Below, piece by piece: positions 18,867 to 29,082 of a stretch of DNA of 32,000 nucleotides. The position numbers and the translations under genes are program-made. The DNA is taken from NCBI RefSeq assembly GCF_012568245.1, contig NZ_CP046188.1:423962-455961 (forward strand), given 5' to 3'. Source of the DNA: Enterobacteriaceae endosymbiont of Donacia thalassina. Its GTDB lineage: Bacteria > Pseudomonadota > Gammaproteobacteria > Enterobacterales > Enterobacteriaceae. Position 1 is the first letter of the stretch, and the number at the start of each line of letters is the position of its first letter. Below the pieces are notes generated by a model, which saw only the letters and a program-made list of their open reading frames with translations, was not told the DNA's origin and searched no databases.

Positions 18867-20498
18867 TTAATAGTATTTTTTATTTATTTTATAAAAAATC
18901 CATTTTTGTTGTAAAATGGTGATTATATTATTTATTATATAATATAAAACTAATCCAGAAGGAAGCCATAAAAAAAACAAACTAAAAATAATAGGAATTA
19001 TATATGTTAATTTTTCTTGTATAGAATCATTATCAAAATTATTTTGAGAAATTTTTTGAATTATTAACATAGTGATACTCATTATTATTGGCAAAATATA
19101 ATATGGATCTTCCGATGATAAATCTTTAATCCATAAAATAAATGGAGCATGTCTTAGTTCTATAGAATTAGTTAACATATAGTATAAAGCTAAAAAAATT
19201 GGCATTTGTATAATAAAAGGAATAAATCCAGATAATGGATTTAAATTTTCTTTTTTATATAATAAAATTATTTCTTTACTAAAACGTTCTTTATCATTAT
19301 TAAAATTTTTTTTAATTTTTTTAATTTTTGGTTGTAAAAAATTCATTTTAGCTATAGCAATATATTGTTGTTTAGATAATGGATATGTGATAATTCTGAT
19401 AAATATTGTAATAATAATTATCGAAAAACCCCAATTTCCTATTATATTAAATAATAAATTTAATAATTTAAATAATGGTTTAGATAAAAATCCTAAAAAA
19501 CCATAATCTACTGTTAGATCTAAAAAAGGTGTAATTTTAGACATTTTTTCTTGAATCTTAGGACCTATCCATAATTTAGATAAAAAAATATGATTTTTTT
19601 TTGGAAAAATTAAATAATAAGAAGATTTAAAACCAACACTAATAATATTAGTAGATATTTTTTTTATATATATATTATTTTTTCTAGAAAAATCAGAAAT
19701 AATCCAAACTGAAGCAAAATATTTTTGTAATATAGCTATCCAGCCATGATGAGTATTAATATTTATTTTTTTATTTTTTAATATATTAGAAAATTTATAT
19801 TTTTTGAATTTATTATTATCTGTAGAAATAGCTACATTATTAAAAGTATTGACTGAAATATTATTATGTGTTTTATCTAGATATTTTTTAGGTGTATTAC
19901 TAGATTTATCTATTTGTCCAAATATACCTATATTAATAGGTTTTTTACTTTGATTAAATATTTGATGATTAATTTTTATTAAATAATTTCCTTTTATAAA
20001 GGTAAATATTTTAATATATAAAATATTTTTTTTTAAAAAAAATAAAGGTATTTTTAATATATTTTTATTTTTTTTTAATTTAAAATTATATGATTTTGAA
20101 AAAAATTTAATATTTTTATTAAAAAATTGATCTTTTTTAAGATTACTCTTTTGTATTATACCACTTTTTATTTGATATAAAAAATCAGAATTTTTTTTTA
20201 ATAAAGTAAAAAATTTTTTAGAATGTAATTTATCTAAATAATCTAATAGCTGTACTTTTTCAATAGTACCTCCATAAGGATTAATTTTTAAAATAAATTT
20301 ATCAGTTTTAATTAAAATATTATTATGTTTAATAATATTAGAAAATATTCCATATTTATTATTTGTATTTATTATACTTTTATTAATAATTTCCCTTTTA
20401 TTATTTTCCATATAATTATGTATTTTTTGCCAATTACTTAAAACAATAAAACTAAATAAACAAAAAATAATTACAATAATATTATTTTTTGAATTCAT
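18867..20498 (-). CDS. yidC: Membrane protein insertase YidC
   Basis: 543 aa versus 548 aa in E. coli. N-terminal signal-anchor, large periplasmic domain, then the conserved core YPLSKQQYIAIAKMNFLQPKI...NPLSG..P..IQMPIF.ALY and PSGLVLYY. Confidence 0.94.
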   Translation of the reverse strand: MNSKNNIIVIIFCLFSFIVLSNWQKIHNYMENNKREIINKSIINTNNKYGIFSNIIKHNNILIKTDKFILKINPYGGTIEKVQLLDYLDKLHSKKFFTLLKKNSDFLYQIKSGIIQKSNLKKDQFFNKNIKFFSKSYNFKLKKNKNILKIPLFFLKKNILYIKIFTFIKGNYLIKINHQIFNQSKKPINIGIFGQIDKSSNTPKKYLDKTHNNISVNTFNNVAISTDNNKFKKYKFSNILKNKKININTHHGWIAILQKYFASVWIISDFSRKNNIYIKKISTNIISVGFKSSYYLIFPKKNHIFLSKLWIGPKIQEKMSKITPFLDLTVDYGFLGFLSKPLFKLLNLLFNIIGNWGFSIIIITIFIRIITYPLSKQQYIAIAKMNFLQPKIKKIKKNFNNDKERFSKEIILLYKKENLNPLSGFIPFIIQMPIFLALYYMLTNSIELRHAPFILWIKDLSSEDPYYILPIIMSITMLIIQKISQNNFDNDSIQEKLTYIIPIIFSLFFLWLPSGLVLYYIINNIITILQQKWIFYKINKKYY

Positions 20499-20595
20499 TA
20501 TTTTATGCTCATTTTAATTTATTACTAGTAAAAATTAATTATAACTTAAAATTCATAATTAGTTTAAATTTTATTTAAAAAATAAAAATAAATAG

Positions 20596-20958
20596 TTATT
20601 TTAAAATAACTTGTTTTTTTTTGAAAAAATTCCATATTTTTTCTAAATATTTTTTCAAACAAAAATTATTTTTTTTTAAAATATTTTTATTATTTACAAA
20701 TATAATATAATCCATATTTACAAATAAATATTGATTTAAACGAAAATACTCACGAATAATTCTTTTTAATTTATTTCTTATATTTGTTTTATTAATAATT
20801 TTTTTAGGTATAATTATACCTATACGAGAATATTTTATTCTATTTTTTTTACTTAAAATAGTATAATATTTATTATATAATTTAATAGGATTATTAAATA
20901 CAAGATTAAAATTTAATGAAGTTAATCGTTTTTTTTTAGAAAAATTGAAATTATTCAT
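20596..20958 (-). CDS. rnpA: Ribonuclease P protein component
   Basis: 120 aa versus 119 aa in E. coli. The RNR-like motif NIRNKLKRIIREYFRL matches ERNRIKRLTRESFRL. It lies immediately downstream of rpmH. Confidence 0.9.
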   Translation of the reverse strand: MNNFNFSKKKRLTSLNFNLVFNNPIKLYNKYYTILSKKNRIKYSRIGIIIPKKIINKTNIRNKLKRIIREYFRLNQYLFVNMDYIIFVNNKNILKKNNFCLKKYLEKIWNFFKKKQVILK

Positions 20959-20961
20959 TTT

Positions 20962-21114
20962 TTATTTAATTGTTTTATCTGATATACTTAAACAAAAACG
21001 TTTTTTAGCACGACGACGATTTATGATTTGTCTTCCATTTTTTGTTTTCATTCTATGTCTAAATCCATGAGATCTTTTTCTTTTTAATATAGATGGTTGA
21101 AAAGTACGTTTCAT
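20962..21114 (-). CDS. rpmH: 50S ribosomal protein L34
   Basis: Not in the ORF track because it is too short. Hand translation codon by codon gives [50 protein letters not shown], the canonical L34 sequence with a short C-terminal extension. The TAA stop lies 3 nt before the rnpA ATG. Confidence 0.93.
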   Translation of the reverse strand: MKRTFQPSILKRKRSHGFRHRMKTKNGRQIINRRRAKKRFCLSISDKTIK

Positions 21115-21305
21115 AAAATTACACTTATAAAAATTTTATAATTTATTAATTATTACACAAAATTTATATTTTTTATATTATTTTTTTTTAAATTTTTAAA
21201 ATTTTATTATTAGATTAATATATTAATTTTTAATAATTAAAAATTTAATTGTGTTATGATTATAAATAAATATTTTTTATTATAATTTTTTTATAAAATC
21301 AAAAA

Positions 21306-22433
21306 ATGATAGAGAATAATATTCTTATTAATCGTGAATTACTAATTAAACCATTACAATATGTTACAAACATTATTAATACTAAATCTATATATCCAAA
21401 TATAAATCATATTTTAATAGAAATTTTAAATAATGGTTTAATTTTTTTTAAAAGTACTAATTTAGAAATTGAAATTACATCATTTATTAAAAATTTAAAT
21501 AATAAAAAAAAATATTCTATTATTATTCAAGGAAAAAAATTTTATAATATATGTCGTAGTTTACCTAAAAATCATAGAATAAATATATTATTTAGTAATA
21601 ATAAAGCTATTATATCATCAAAAAATTGTAATTTTACTATATCTACTTTACCAGCAGAAAATTTTCCAACTATAGATTTTATAAAATCTGATATAGAATT
21701 TAGTCTTGAACATAAAACAATAAAAAAATTCATATATGCTACTTATTTTTCTATAGCAGATAATGATGTAAGGAAATATTTAAATGGATTATTATTACAA
21801 ATAAAAAATAATATTTTAAATATTGTATCAACTGATGGACATAGATTATCTATTTATACTTGTAAAATAAATATAAAAATAATAGATTATTGTGTTATAA
21901 TTCCTAAGAAAAGTATTTTTGAATTATCTAAATTAATCAATGATACTAATGAATTAATTAATATTAAAATTAATAAAAATAATATATGTTTTATTTTTAA
22001 TAATTTAAAATTTATATCTAAATTAATTGAAAGTAATTTTCCTAGTTATGAAAAAATTATACCTAAAATTTTTTATAAAATTATTAAAATTAATCGTATA
22101 AAGTTAAAAAATGCTTTAAATAGAATTTCTATTCTAGTTAATGAAAGAACTAAGGGAGTAACCTTATCATTTAACAATAATTATTTAAAAATATTTAGTA
22201 GTAATATTCATAATGAAAAAGCTGAAGAAATATTAAAAATAGAAGAAGAATATAATAAGACAAAAGAATATAATATGAGTATATCTTTAAATATTAATTA
22301 TTTAATTAATGTAGTTAATATATTAGAAAATGAAATTATTAAAATTTCTTTTATTAATAATATTTCTAGTATTCGAATAGAAAATGAATATAAAAAAAAT
22401 AAAATTTATTTAATTATGCCAATGAAAATTTAA
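21306..22433 (+). CDS. dnaN: DNA polymerase III beta sliding clamp
   Basis: 375 aa versus 366 aa in E. coli. LLIKPLQYV, STLPAENFP, YLNGLLLQ, STDGHRLS, FISKLIESNFPSYEKIIPK and the C-terminal MPMKI. No Shine-Dalgarno sequence is visible. Confidence 0.94.
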   Translation: MIENNILINRELLIKPLQYVTNIINTKSIYPNINHILIEILNNGLIFFKSTNLEIEITSFIKNLNNKKKYSIIIQGKKFYNICRSLPKNHRINILFSNNKAIISSKNCNFTISTLPAENFPTIDFIKSDIEFSLEHKTIKKFIYATYFSIADNDVRKYLNGLLLQIKNNILNIVSTDGHRLSIYTCKINIKIIDYCVIIPKKSIFELSKLINDTNELINIKINKNNICFIFNNLKFISKLIESNFPSYEKIIPKIFYKIIKINRIKLKNALNRISILVNERTKGVTLSFNNNYLKIFSSNIHNEKAEEILKIEEEYNKTKEYNMSISLNINYLINVVNILENEIIKISFINNISSIRIENEYKKNKIYLIMPMKI

Positions 22434-22467
22434 AATTATATAAATTTTTTATAAAAAAGGATTAAAT

Positions 22468-24879
22468 TTGACAAATAAATATTATAATTCATCAAGTATC
22501 CAAATTTTAAAAGGACTAGATGCAGTAAAAAAAAGACCAGGAATGTATATTGGAAATACAGATGATGGTACAGGATTACATCATATGGTATTTGAAGTAA
22601 TAGATAATGCTATAGATGAATCGTTATCTGGTTATTGTAAAAATATAAATGTAATTATTCATAATGATAATTCAATTTCTATAATTGATGATGGTAGAGG
22701 TATTCCTACAGGAATACATAAAGAAGCTCAAGTATCAGCAGCTGAAGTAATTATGACTATATTACATGCAGGAGGTAAATTTAATAATAAATCATATAAA
22801 TTATCAGGAGGATTACATGGTGTAGGTATTTCTGTTGTTAATGCTTTATCTAAAAAATTAGAATTAATTATTAAAAGAAATGGTAAGTTATATAAACAAT
22901 TATATTGTTATGGAATTCCACAAGAAAAATTAAAAAGTATTGGTATTACTACAACTACAGGTACTCATATTAGATTTTGGCCTAATTATAATATTTTTAC
23001 TAATATTCAATCTTTTAATTATAAAATTTTATCTAAAAGATTAAGAGAACTATCTTTTTTAAATTCAGGATTATTAATTTCAATAACTGATATAAAAAAT
23101 AATAAATCTAATTTATTTAAATATTATGGAGGTATAAAAGAATTTATTAAATATTTAAGTAAAAATAATAACATTATACATAAAAATATTTTTTATTGTT
23201 ATAATAAAAATAACGAAATTAGTATAGAAGTTGTTATGCAATGGAATAATTCTTTTAAAGAAAAAATATATTGTTTTACTAATAATATACCCCAAGAAAA
23301 TGGAGGGACTCATTTATCTGGATTAAAATCAGCTATAACACGTACAATTAATTTGTATATTGATAAAGAAAAATACAATAAAAAAAAAATATGTAATATA
23401 ACAGGAGAAGATACTAGAGAAGGTTTAATAGCTATTATATCTATTAAAATTTCAAATCCTAAATTTTCTTCTCAAACTAAAGAAAAATTAATTTCATCTG
23501 AAATCAAATCTTTGGTAGAATGTTATGTGAATCAACAGTTAATGTTTTTTTTATTAGAAAATCCTAATGATGCTAAAAAAATAATAGAAAAAATTATACA
23601 TGCAGCAAAAATAAGAGATATAGCTAGAAAAACAAAAGAAATAATAAAAAACCAAAACATTTTTAACATATCTAGATTACCAGGAAAATTATCTGATTGT
23701 CAAGAAAATAATCCTAAATTATCTGAAATTTATTTAGTAGAAGGAGATTCTGCTGGAGGATCAGCAAAACAAGGAAGAAATAGAAAAAATCAGGCAGTTT
23801 TACCCTTAAAAGGAAAAATTTTGAATGTAGAAAAAGCTGGATTTAATAAAATTATTTCTTCTCAAGAAATTATTATGTTGATTACTGCTTTAGGTTGTAA
23901 TATTAATTCAGGAAAATACAATTTAGATAAATTAAGATATCATAATATTATTATTATGACAGATGCAGATGTAGATGGAGCACATATTCGTACTCTATTA
24001 TTAACATTTTTTTATCGACAAATGCCTCAAATAATAGAAAAAGGATATATATATATAGCTCAACCACCACTATATAGAATTAAAAAAGGAAATAAAAAAA
24101 TATATATTAAAAATAATGAAGAAATGGAAATTTATACACTAAATATAGCTTTAAATAAAGCTATATTTTTTTTTAAAAATTCACAAAAGATTTTATCAGA
24201 TAAAAAATTATTTATTTTAATTAATGAATATAATTTAGTAAAAAAAATTATAAGATTTTCAAAATATATTTTTCCTAATAAAATATTATATGCTTTATTA
24301 TATAATATAAAATTAGAAAAATTAAATGATTATAATCATGTAAAATTATGGTTAAATAATTTATTATTATTTTTAAATAAAAAATATATAAATATTAATT
24401 TTTCAGGAAATATAAATAAAAATATAAAAAAAAATATTTTTGAACTAATAATTTATGAAAATAAATATGGTAATATAAATAAATATTTTTTTAATTATGA
24501 TTTTTTTATTAGTAATGAATATAAAAAAATTTGTTTATTAGGAAATCAATTAATATCTTTAAAAGATAAAAAAATTTTTCGTGTAAAAAAAGGAGAAAAA
24601 TATAAAAATATCAAATCTTTTGAAGAGGGTATAGAATGGTTATTAAAAGAATCTAAAAAAAGTTTTACTATACAAAGATATAAAGGATTAGGTGAAATGA
24701 ATCCAAATCAATTATGGGAAACAACTATGAATCCTTTAACTCGTAATATGTTAAAAGTAACAATTAAAGATGCATTAATAGCAGATAAATTATTTTCCAC
24801 TCTTATGGGTGATGAAGTTGAACCTAGAAGATTATTTATAAAAAATAATGCTTTAAAAGTAACTAACATTGATTTTTAA
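22468..24879 (+). CDS. gyrB: DNA gyrase subunit B
   Basis: 803 aa versus 804 aa in E. coli, colinear from residue 1 ([29 protein letters not shown] versus [28 protein letters not shown]). The start codon is TTG at 22468, with AAGGA at 22457-22461. Motifs [29 protein letters not shown] and [20 protein letters not shown] are present. The enterobacterial insertion of about 170 aa in the Toprim region is retained. Confidence 0.97.
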   Translation: [803 protein letters not shown]

Positions 24880-24937
24880 TAAAATAATTAAAAAAAGATA
24901 ATATTTTTAGTATTTCTATTTTAATATATAAAAATAA

Positions 24938-25189
24938 TTAATAATTATGTAAATCAATAGATTGAAATTTTTTATCTATATTTTTTTCATAGCTATTTAT
25001 ATTTTTTTTATTTATTAGACCTTTTTCAATTTCTCGTAATGCTAAAATAGTTGTTTTATCATTTTTTTCAGGTAATAAAGGAATTTTTCCTCTAATTTGA
25101 ATTTGTCTTGCTCTTTTAGATGCTATTATAACTAAATCAAATCTATTACCTATTTTTTGAACAGCTTTTTCTACTGTAACTCTAGCCAT
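24938..25189 (-). CDS. rpoZ: DNA-directed RNA polymerase omega subunit
   Basis: 83 aa. [31 protein letters not shown] and [17 protein letters not shown] are near-identical to E. coli RpoZ. The acidic C-terminal tail is shortened. Confidence 0.94.
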   Translation of the reverse strand: MARVTVEKAVQKIGNRFDLVIIASKRARQIQIRGKIPLLPEKNDKTTILALREIEKGLINKKNINSYEKNIDKKFQSIDLHNY

Positions 25190-25355
25190 AATTAATATTC
25201 CATTTTTTATAAAAAATTACTAAATTTAATTATTAATTTTATTTAAATAATAATAATATATATATTAATTATTATATCATATTTTTTAAATATAAAATTT
25301 TAAAAAAATAATATTTAAAATCAAATATGTTTTTTATTTTAAAGGAAATTATTAT

Positions 25356-25898
25356 ATGAATTTAAATAGTATTCCTGCAGGAAAAAATATTCCTAATGAT
25401 ATTAATGTTATTATTGAAATATCTTCAAATTCTAGTCCAATAAAATATGAAATTAATAAAAAATATGGAACATTATTTGTAGATCGTTTTATTAATATAC
25501 CTATTTTTTATCCATGTAATTATGGATATATAAATAATACATTATCATTAGATAATGATGCACTAGATGTTTTAGTTATAACTAAATATCCAATTATACC
25601 AGGATCTGTAATAAGATGTCGTCCTATAGGTTTATTAAATATGATAGATGAATCTGGAGATGATAAAAAAATAATTGCAGTACCCCACGAAAAAATTTCT
25701 CAAGAATATATATTAATTAAAGAGATAAAAGATTTATCTATTTTTTTACAAAAACAAATTATATATTTTTTTAAACATTATAAAGATTTAGAAAATAAAA
25801 AATGGTGTAAAGTTAATGATTGGGGAGATATTTTTCAAGCAAAAAATGAGATTTTAATTTCTATTAAAAGATTTCAACAAAAAAATAATAATAATTAA
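25356..25898 (+). CDS. ppa: Inorganic pyrophosphatase
   Basis: 180 aa versus 176 aa in E. coli. PIKYEI, LFVDRF, FYPCNYGYINNTLSLD.D.LDVLV, PGSVIRCRP.G and HYKDLE. AAAGGAAA lies upstream. Confidence 0.95.
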   Translation: MNLNSIPAGKNIPNDINVIIEISSNSSPIKYEINKKYGTLFVDRFINIPIFYPCNYGYINNTLSLDNDALDVLVITKYPIIPGSVIRCRPIGLLNMIDESGDDKKIIAVPHEKISQEYILIKEIKDLSIFLQKQIIYFFKHYKDLENKKWCKVNDWGDIFQAKNEILISIKRFQQKNNNN

Positions 25899-26044
25899 TA
25901 TTTTAATAAATTTATATTATTTGTTATTAAAGTAATTATTTTTTTTAATAATTTTATAAAATAAAAAAATAAGATTTAATATATTTTTATAAAAAATTTT
26001 GATTATTATATAATATATATTATGAATTTTATTAAGGTAAAAAA

Positions 26045-27292
26045 ATGTCTAAAATAAAAAAAGTAATAGGTAGGGAAATAATTGATTCTAGAGGTTATCC
26101 TACTATTGAAGCGGAAGTACATTTAAATAATGATATAATTGGTACTGCTTCTGTTCCTTCTGGAGCGTCAACAGGATCTAAAGAAGCAATAGAATTGCGT
26201 GATGGAAATAAAAAAAGATTTTTAGGAAAAGGAGTTTTAAAACCTATTAAAATAATTAATACTATTTTAAATAAATATTTATATAATCAAAATGCATTAA
26301 ATCAATCAAATATTGATGAAATTATGATTAATTTAGATAATACTGAAAATAAATCAAATTTTGGTGCTAATACTATTTTAGCTGTTTCTTTAGCAAATGC
26401 TAGAGCATCAGCGTTATTTTATAAAATACCATTATTTCAATATATTAGTAATATTAATAATACAGAAAAAAAATTTTTTATGCCATTACCAATGATTAAT
26501 ATTATTAATGGTGGTAAACATGCTAATAATAATTTAGATATACAAGAATTTATGATTCAACCTATTAGTGCAAAAAATATAAAAGAATCTATACGTTATG
26601 GTGCAGAAATATTTCATCATTTATCTTTTGTACTTAAAAAAAATAAATTAATTACTTCAGTTGGAGATGAAGGAGGATATGCTCCAAATTTAACTAATAA
26701 TAGTGAAGCATTTGATATGATATCACAAGCTGTTTACAATGCTGGATTTATTCTTGGAAAAGATATTACTTTTGCTATTGATTGTGCAGCTTCAGAATTA
26801 TTCTATAATAAAAGATATCACTTAAAAAGTGAAAATATAAATCTTTCTTCGAAAGAATTTACGAATTTTTTATCTAATTTAAGTAAAAAATATCCTATTA
26901 CTTCTATAGAAGATGGATTAGATGAATCTGATTGGGATGGATTTATATATCAAACAAAAGTACTAGGTAATAAAATTCAATTAGTAGGAGATGATTTATT
27001 TGTTACTAATCAAAAATATTTAAAAAAAGGTATTAAAAAAAAAGTTGCTAATGCTATTTTAATAAAATTAAATCAAATTGGTTCTCTTACAGAAACATTA
27101 TCTACTATTAAATTAGCTAAAAAAGCAGGATACAAAATTATTATTTCACATAGATCTGGAGAAACAGAAGATACATTTATTTCAGATTTAGCTGTAGGTA
27201 CAAATGCTGATCAAATTAAAACTGGTTCTATGAGCCGTTCTGATAGAATTGCAAAATATAATCAGTTAATTAGAATTGAAGAAAAATTATAA
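26045..27292 (+). CDS. eno: Enolase
   Basis: 415 aa. [73 protein letters not shown] and [22 protein letters not shown]. It lacks about 17 C-terminal residues relative to the 432-aa E. coli enzyme. Confidence 0.96.
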   Translation: MSKIKKVIGREIIDSRGYPTIEAEVHLNNDIIGTASVPSGASTGSKEAIELRDGNKKRFLGKGVLKPIKIINTILNKYLYNQNALNQSNIDEIMINLDNTENKSNFGANTILAVSLANARASALFYKIPLFQYISNINNTEKKFFMPLPMINIINGGKHANNNLDIQEFMIQPISAKNIKESIRYGAEIFHHLSFVLKKNKLITSVGDEGGYAPNLTNNSEAFDMISQAVYNAGFILGKDITFAIDCAASELFYNKRYHLKSENINLSSKEFTNFLSNLSKKYPITSIEDGLDESDWDGFIYQTKVLGNKIQLVGDDLFVTNQKYLKKGIKKKVANAILIKLNQIGSLTETLSTIKLAKKAGYKIIISHRSGETEDTFISDLAVGTNADQIKTGSMSRSDRIAKYNQLIRIEEKL

Positions 27293-27304
27293 ATAATTTT
27301 ATAA

Positions 27305-27332
27305 ACTATGTTGTGTATATATCCAACATAGT
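27305..27332 (+). terminator. Perfect 9-bp inverted repeat (hairpin) 13 nt after the eno stop; possible terminator or mRNA 3' stabiliser
   Basis: actatgttg (27305-27313) pairs with caacatagt (27324-27332). The loop is 10 nt and three pairs are G:C. The nearest T-run is about 20 nt downstream, so this is not a canonical intrinsic terminator. Confidence 0.35.
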
Positions 27333-27366
27333 AATCAATATTATTTAAATAAATTTTTTATTTAAA

Positions 27367-29082
27367 ATGAAAATATATACAGAAAAAGAAATAGTTTTTT
27401 GGTTAAAAAAACAAAGTTTATTTGCTAAAAATTTATTAATAATTTCTCATTTACTTAATTTTATTAATATATGTGTATTCATCATACAAAATTGGATATT
27501 ATCTAAACAAATACAAACTTTCTTTTTAAAAGAAGATAATAAAAAAATTATTTATTATAATATAATAATATTTATATGTTTGATAATAAAAATATTAATA
27601 ACAATTTTAATAAGTAAAATAAATTTTTATTATAGTCAAAAAATAAAAATTTCTATTAGAAAAAAAATTTTAAGTAAATTAACATCACAATATTATGAAA
27701 AATTAAAAAATCAAACATCAGGATCTGATCTATCATTAATTATAGATCAAGTAGAAAATTTAAAAAATTATTATAATCAATATATACCTCAAATTTTTAC
27801 TATAAAAATAGTATCTTTAGTAATTTTAATTAATATATTTTTTATCAGCTGGTTTTTAGATATAGTAATAGTTACTATTAGTATAATAATTATTTTTTTT
27901 ATAATATTAATAGGTAAACAAGCTACAAAAAAAAATAAAAAAAATTTTAAAATATTATCTATCTTAAATGGACTTTTTTTTGATAGATTAAAAGGTATAG
28001 AAACTATTAGATTATTTAATTTTTATAAAATAGAAATTAAAAAAATTTCTTTATATATTGAACAATATAGAAAAAAAAATATTGAGATATTAAAAATAAT
28101 TTTTTTAACTTCAGCTATTTTAGAATTTTTTTCTTCTATTTCTTTAGCTTTTATTATTATGTATTTTTGTTTTACATATTTACATGTAATAAATTTTGGT
28201 TTTTATAATAAAAATATTAAAATATTACATAGTTTTTTTATATTAATGCTAATTTCTGAATATTTTCAAAATTTTAATAATTTAGGATTACTTTATCATA
28301 TTAAATCAAGAGCAATTGGTGCTGCTAATAATATAATAATATTATTAAATAATAAAAAATATATTAATTTAAAAAATAAAAAAAAAAATTTCCAAAAAAC
28401 AAAAAAATTAGAAATAAGAGCTAAAAATTTAGTAATTAAAAATAAAGATGGACATATTTTAGTAGGACCTATATCTTTTAAAATTTTTTCTGGACAAAAT
28501 ATAGTTATTATTGGACCTAATGGATGTGGAAAAACAACATTATTTAATGTTTTTTTAGGTCTTTTACCATATGATGGATCATTTAAAATTAATAATATTG
28601 AATTTAATAATATAAATTTATATAGTTGGTATAAACAAATATCATTTGTTAGACAAAATCCTAAATTATCTGCTATAACAATTCGAAAAAATTTATTTTT
28701 TAGTAAAAAAATAAATATAAAAAAAATAAAAAATATTATTAAAGAAATTGGTATAACAAATTTTTTGGAAAAATTACCGAATGGAATAAATACTTCTTTA
28801 TATAAAGAAAGAATATATTTATCAGTAGGTCAAATACAAAGAATAGCTATTGCTAGAGCATTAATTAAAAATCATTTATTATTATTATTAGATGAACCAA
28901 TATCTAATATTGATATTCAAAGTCAATATGATATTATAAAATCAATAAAGAAAAATATTTCACCATTTAAAGTTAGCATAACAATTACACATAAAATATA
29001 TAAAATAAATTATTATAATGAAATTTGGTATATGAATAATGGTAAAATTATAAAAAAACATATTTTAAAAAAAAATCAATAA
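27367..29082 (+). CDS. cydD: ABC transporter CydD (glutathione/cysteine exporter required for cytochrome bd assembly)
   Basis: 571 aa versus 588 aa in E. coli. The N-terminus FWLKKQSLFAKNLLIISHLLNFI matches RWLKQQSVISQRWLNISRLLGFV. Also FFDRLKGIETIRLF, ILEFFSSIS, Walker A GPNGCGKTT, signature LSVGQIQRIAIARAL and Walker B LLLLDEP. Confidence 0.9.
   Translation: MKIYTEKEIVFWLKKQSLFAKNLLIISHLLNFINICVFIIQNWILSKQIQTFFLKEDNKKIIYYNIIIFICLIIKILITILISKINFYYSQKIKISIRKKILSKLTSQYYEKLKNQTSGSDLSLIIDQVENLKNYYNQYIPQIFTIKIVSLVILINIFFISWFLDIVIVTISIIIIFFIILIGKQATKKNKKNFKILSILNGLFFDRLKGIETIRLFNFYKIEIKKISLYIEQYRKKNIEILKIIFLTSAILEFFSSISLAFIIMYFCFTYLHVINFGFYNKNIKILHSFFILMLISEYFQNFNNLGLLYHIKSRAIGAANNIIILLNNKKYINLKNKKKNFQKTKKLEIRAKNLVIKNKDGHILVGPISFKIFSGQNIVIIGPNGCGKTTLFNVFLGLLPYDGSFKINNIEFNNINLYSWYKQISFVRQNPKLSAITIRKNLFFSKKINIKKIKNIIKEIGITNFLEKLPNGINTSLYKERIYLSVGQIQRIAIARALIKNHLLLLLDEPISNIDIQSQYDIIKSIKKNISPFKVSITITHKIYKINYYNEIWYMNNGKIIKKHILKKNQ

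Noticed and set aside
21150-21159. ttattacaca in the rpmH-dnaN spacer, which resembles the DnaA box TTATCCACA.
   Set aside because: It needs a 1-nt insertion to align, and it is a single copy. With dnaA apparently absent, there is no reason to expect functional boxes.
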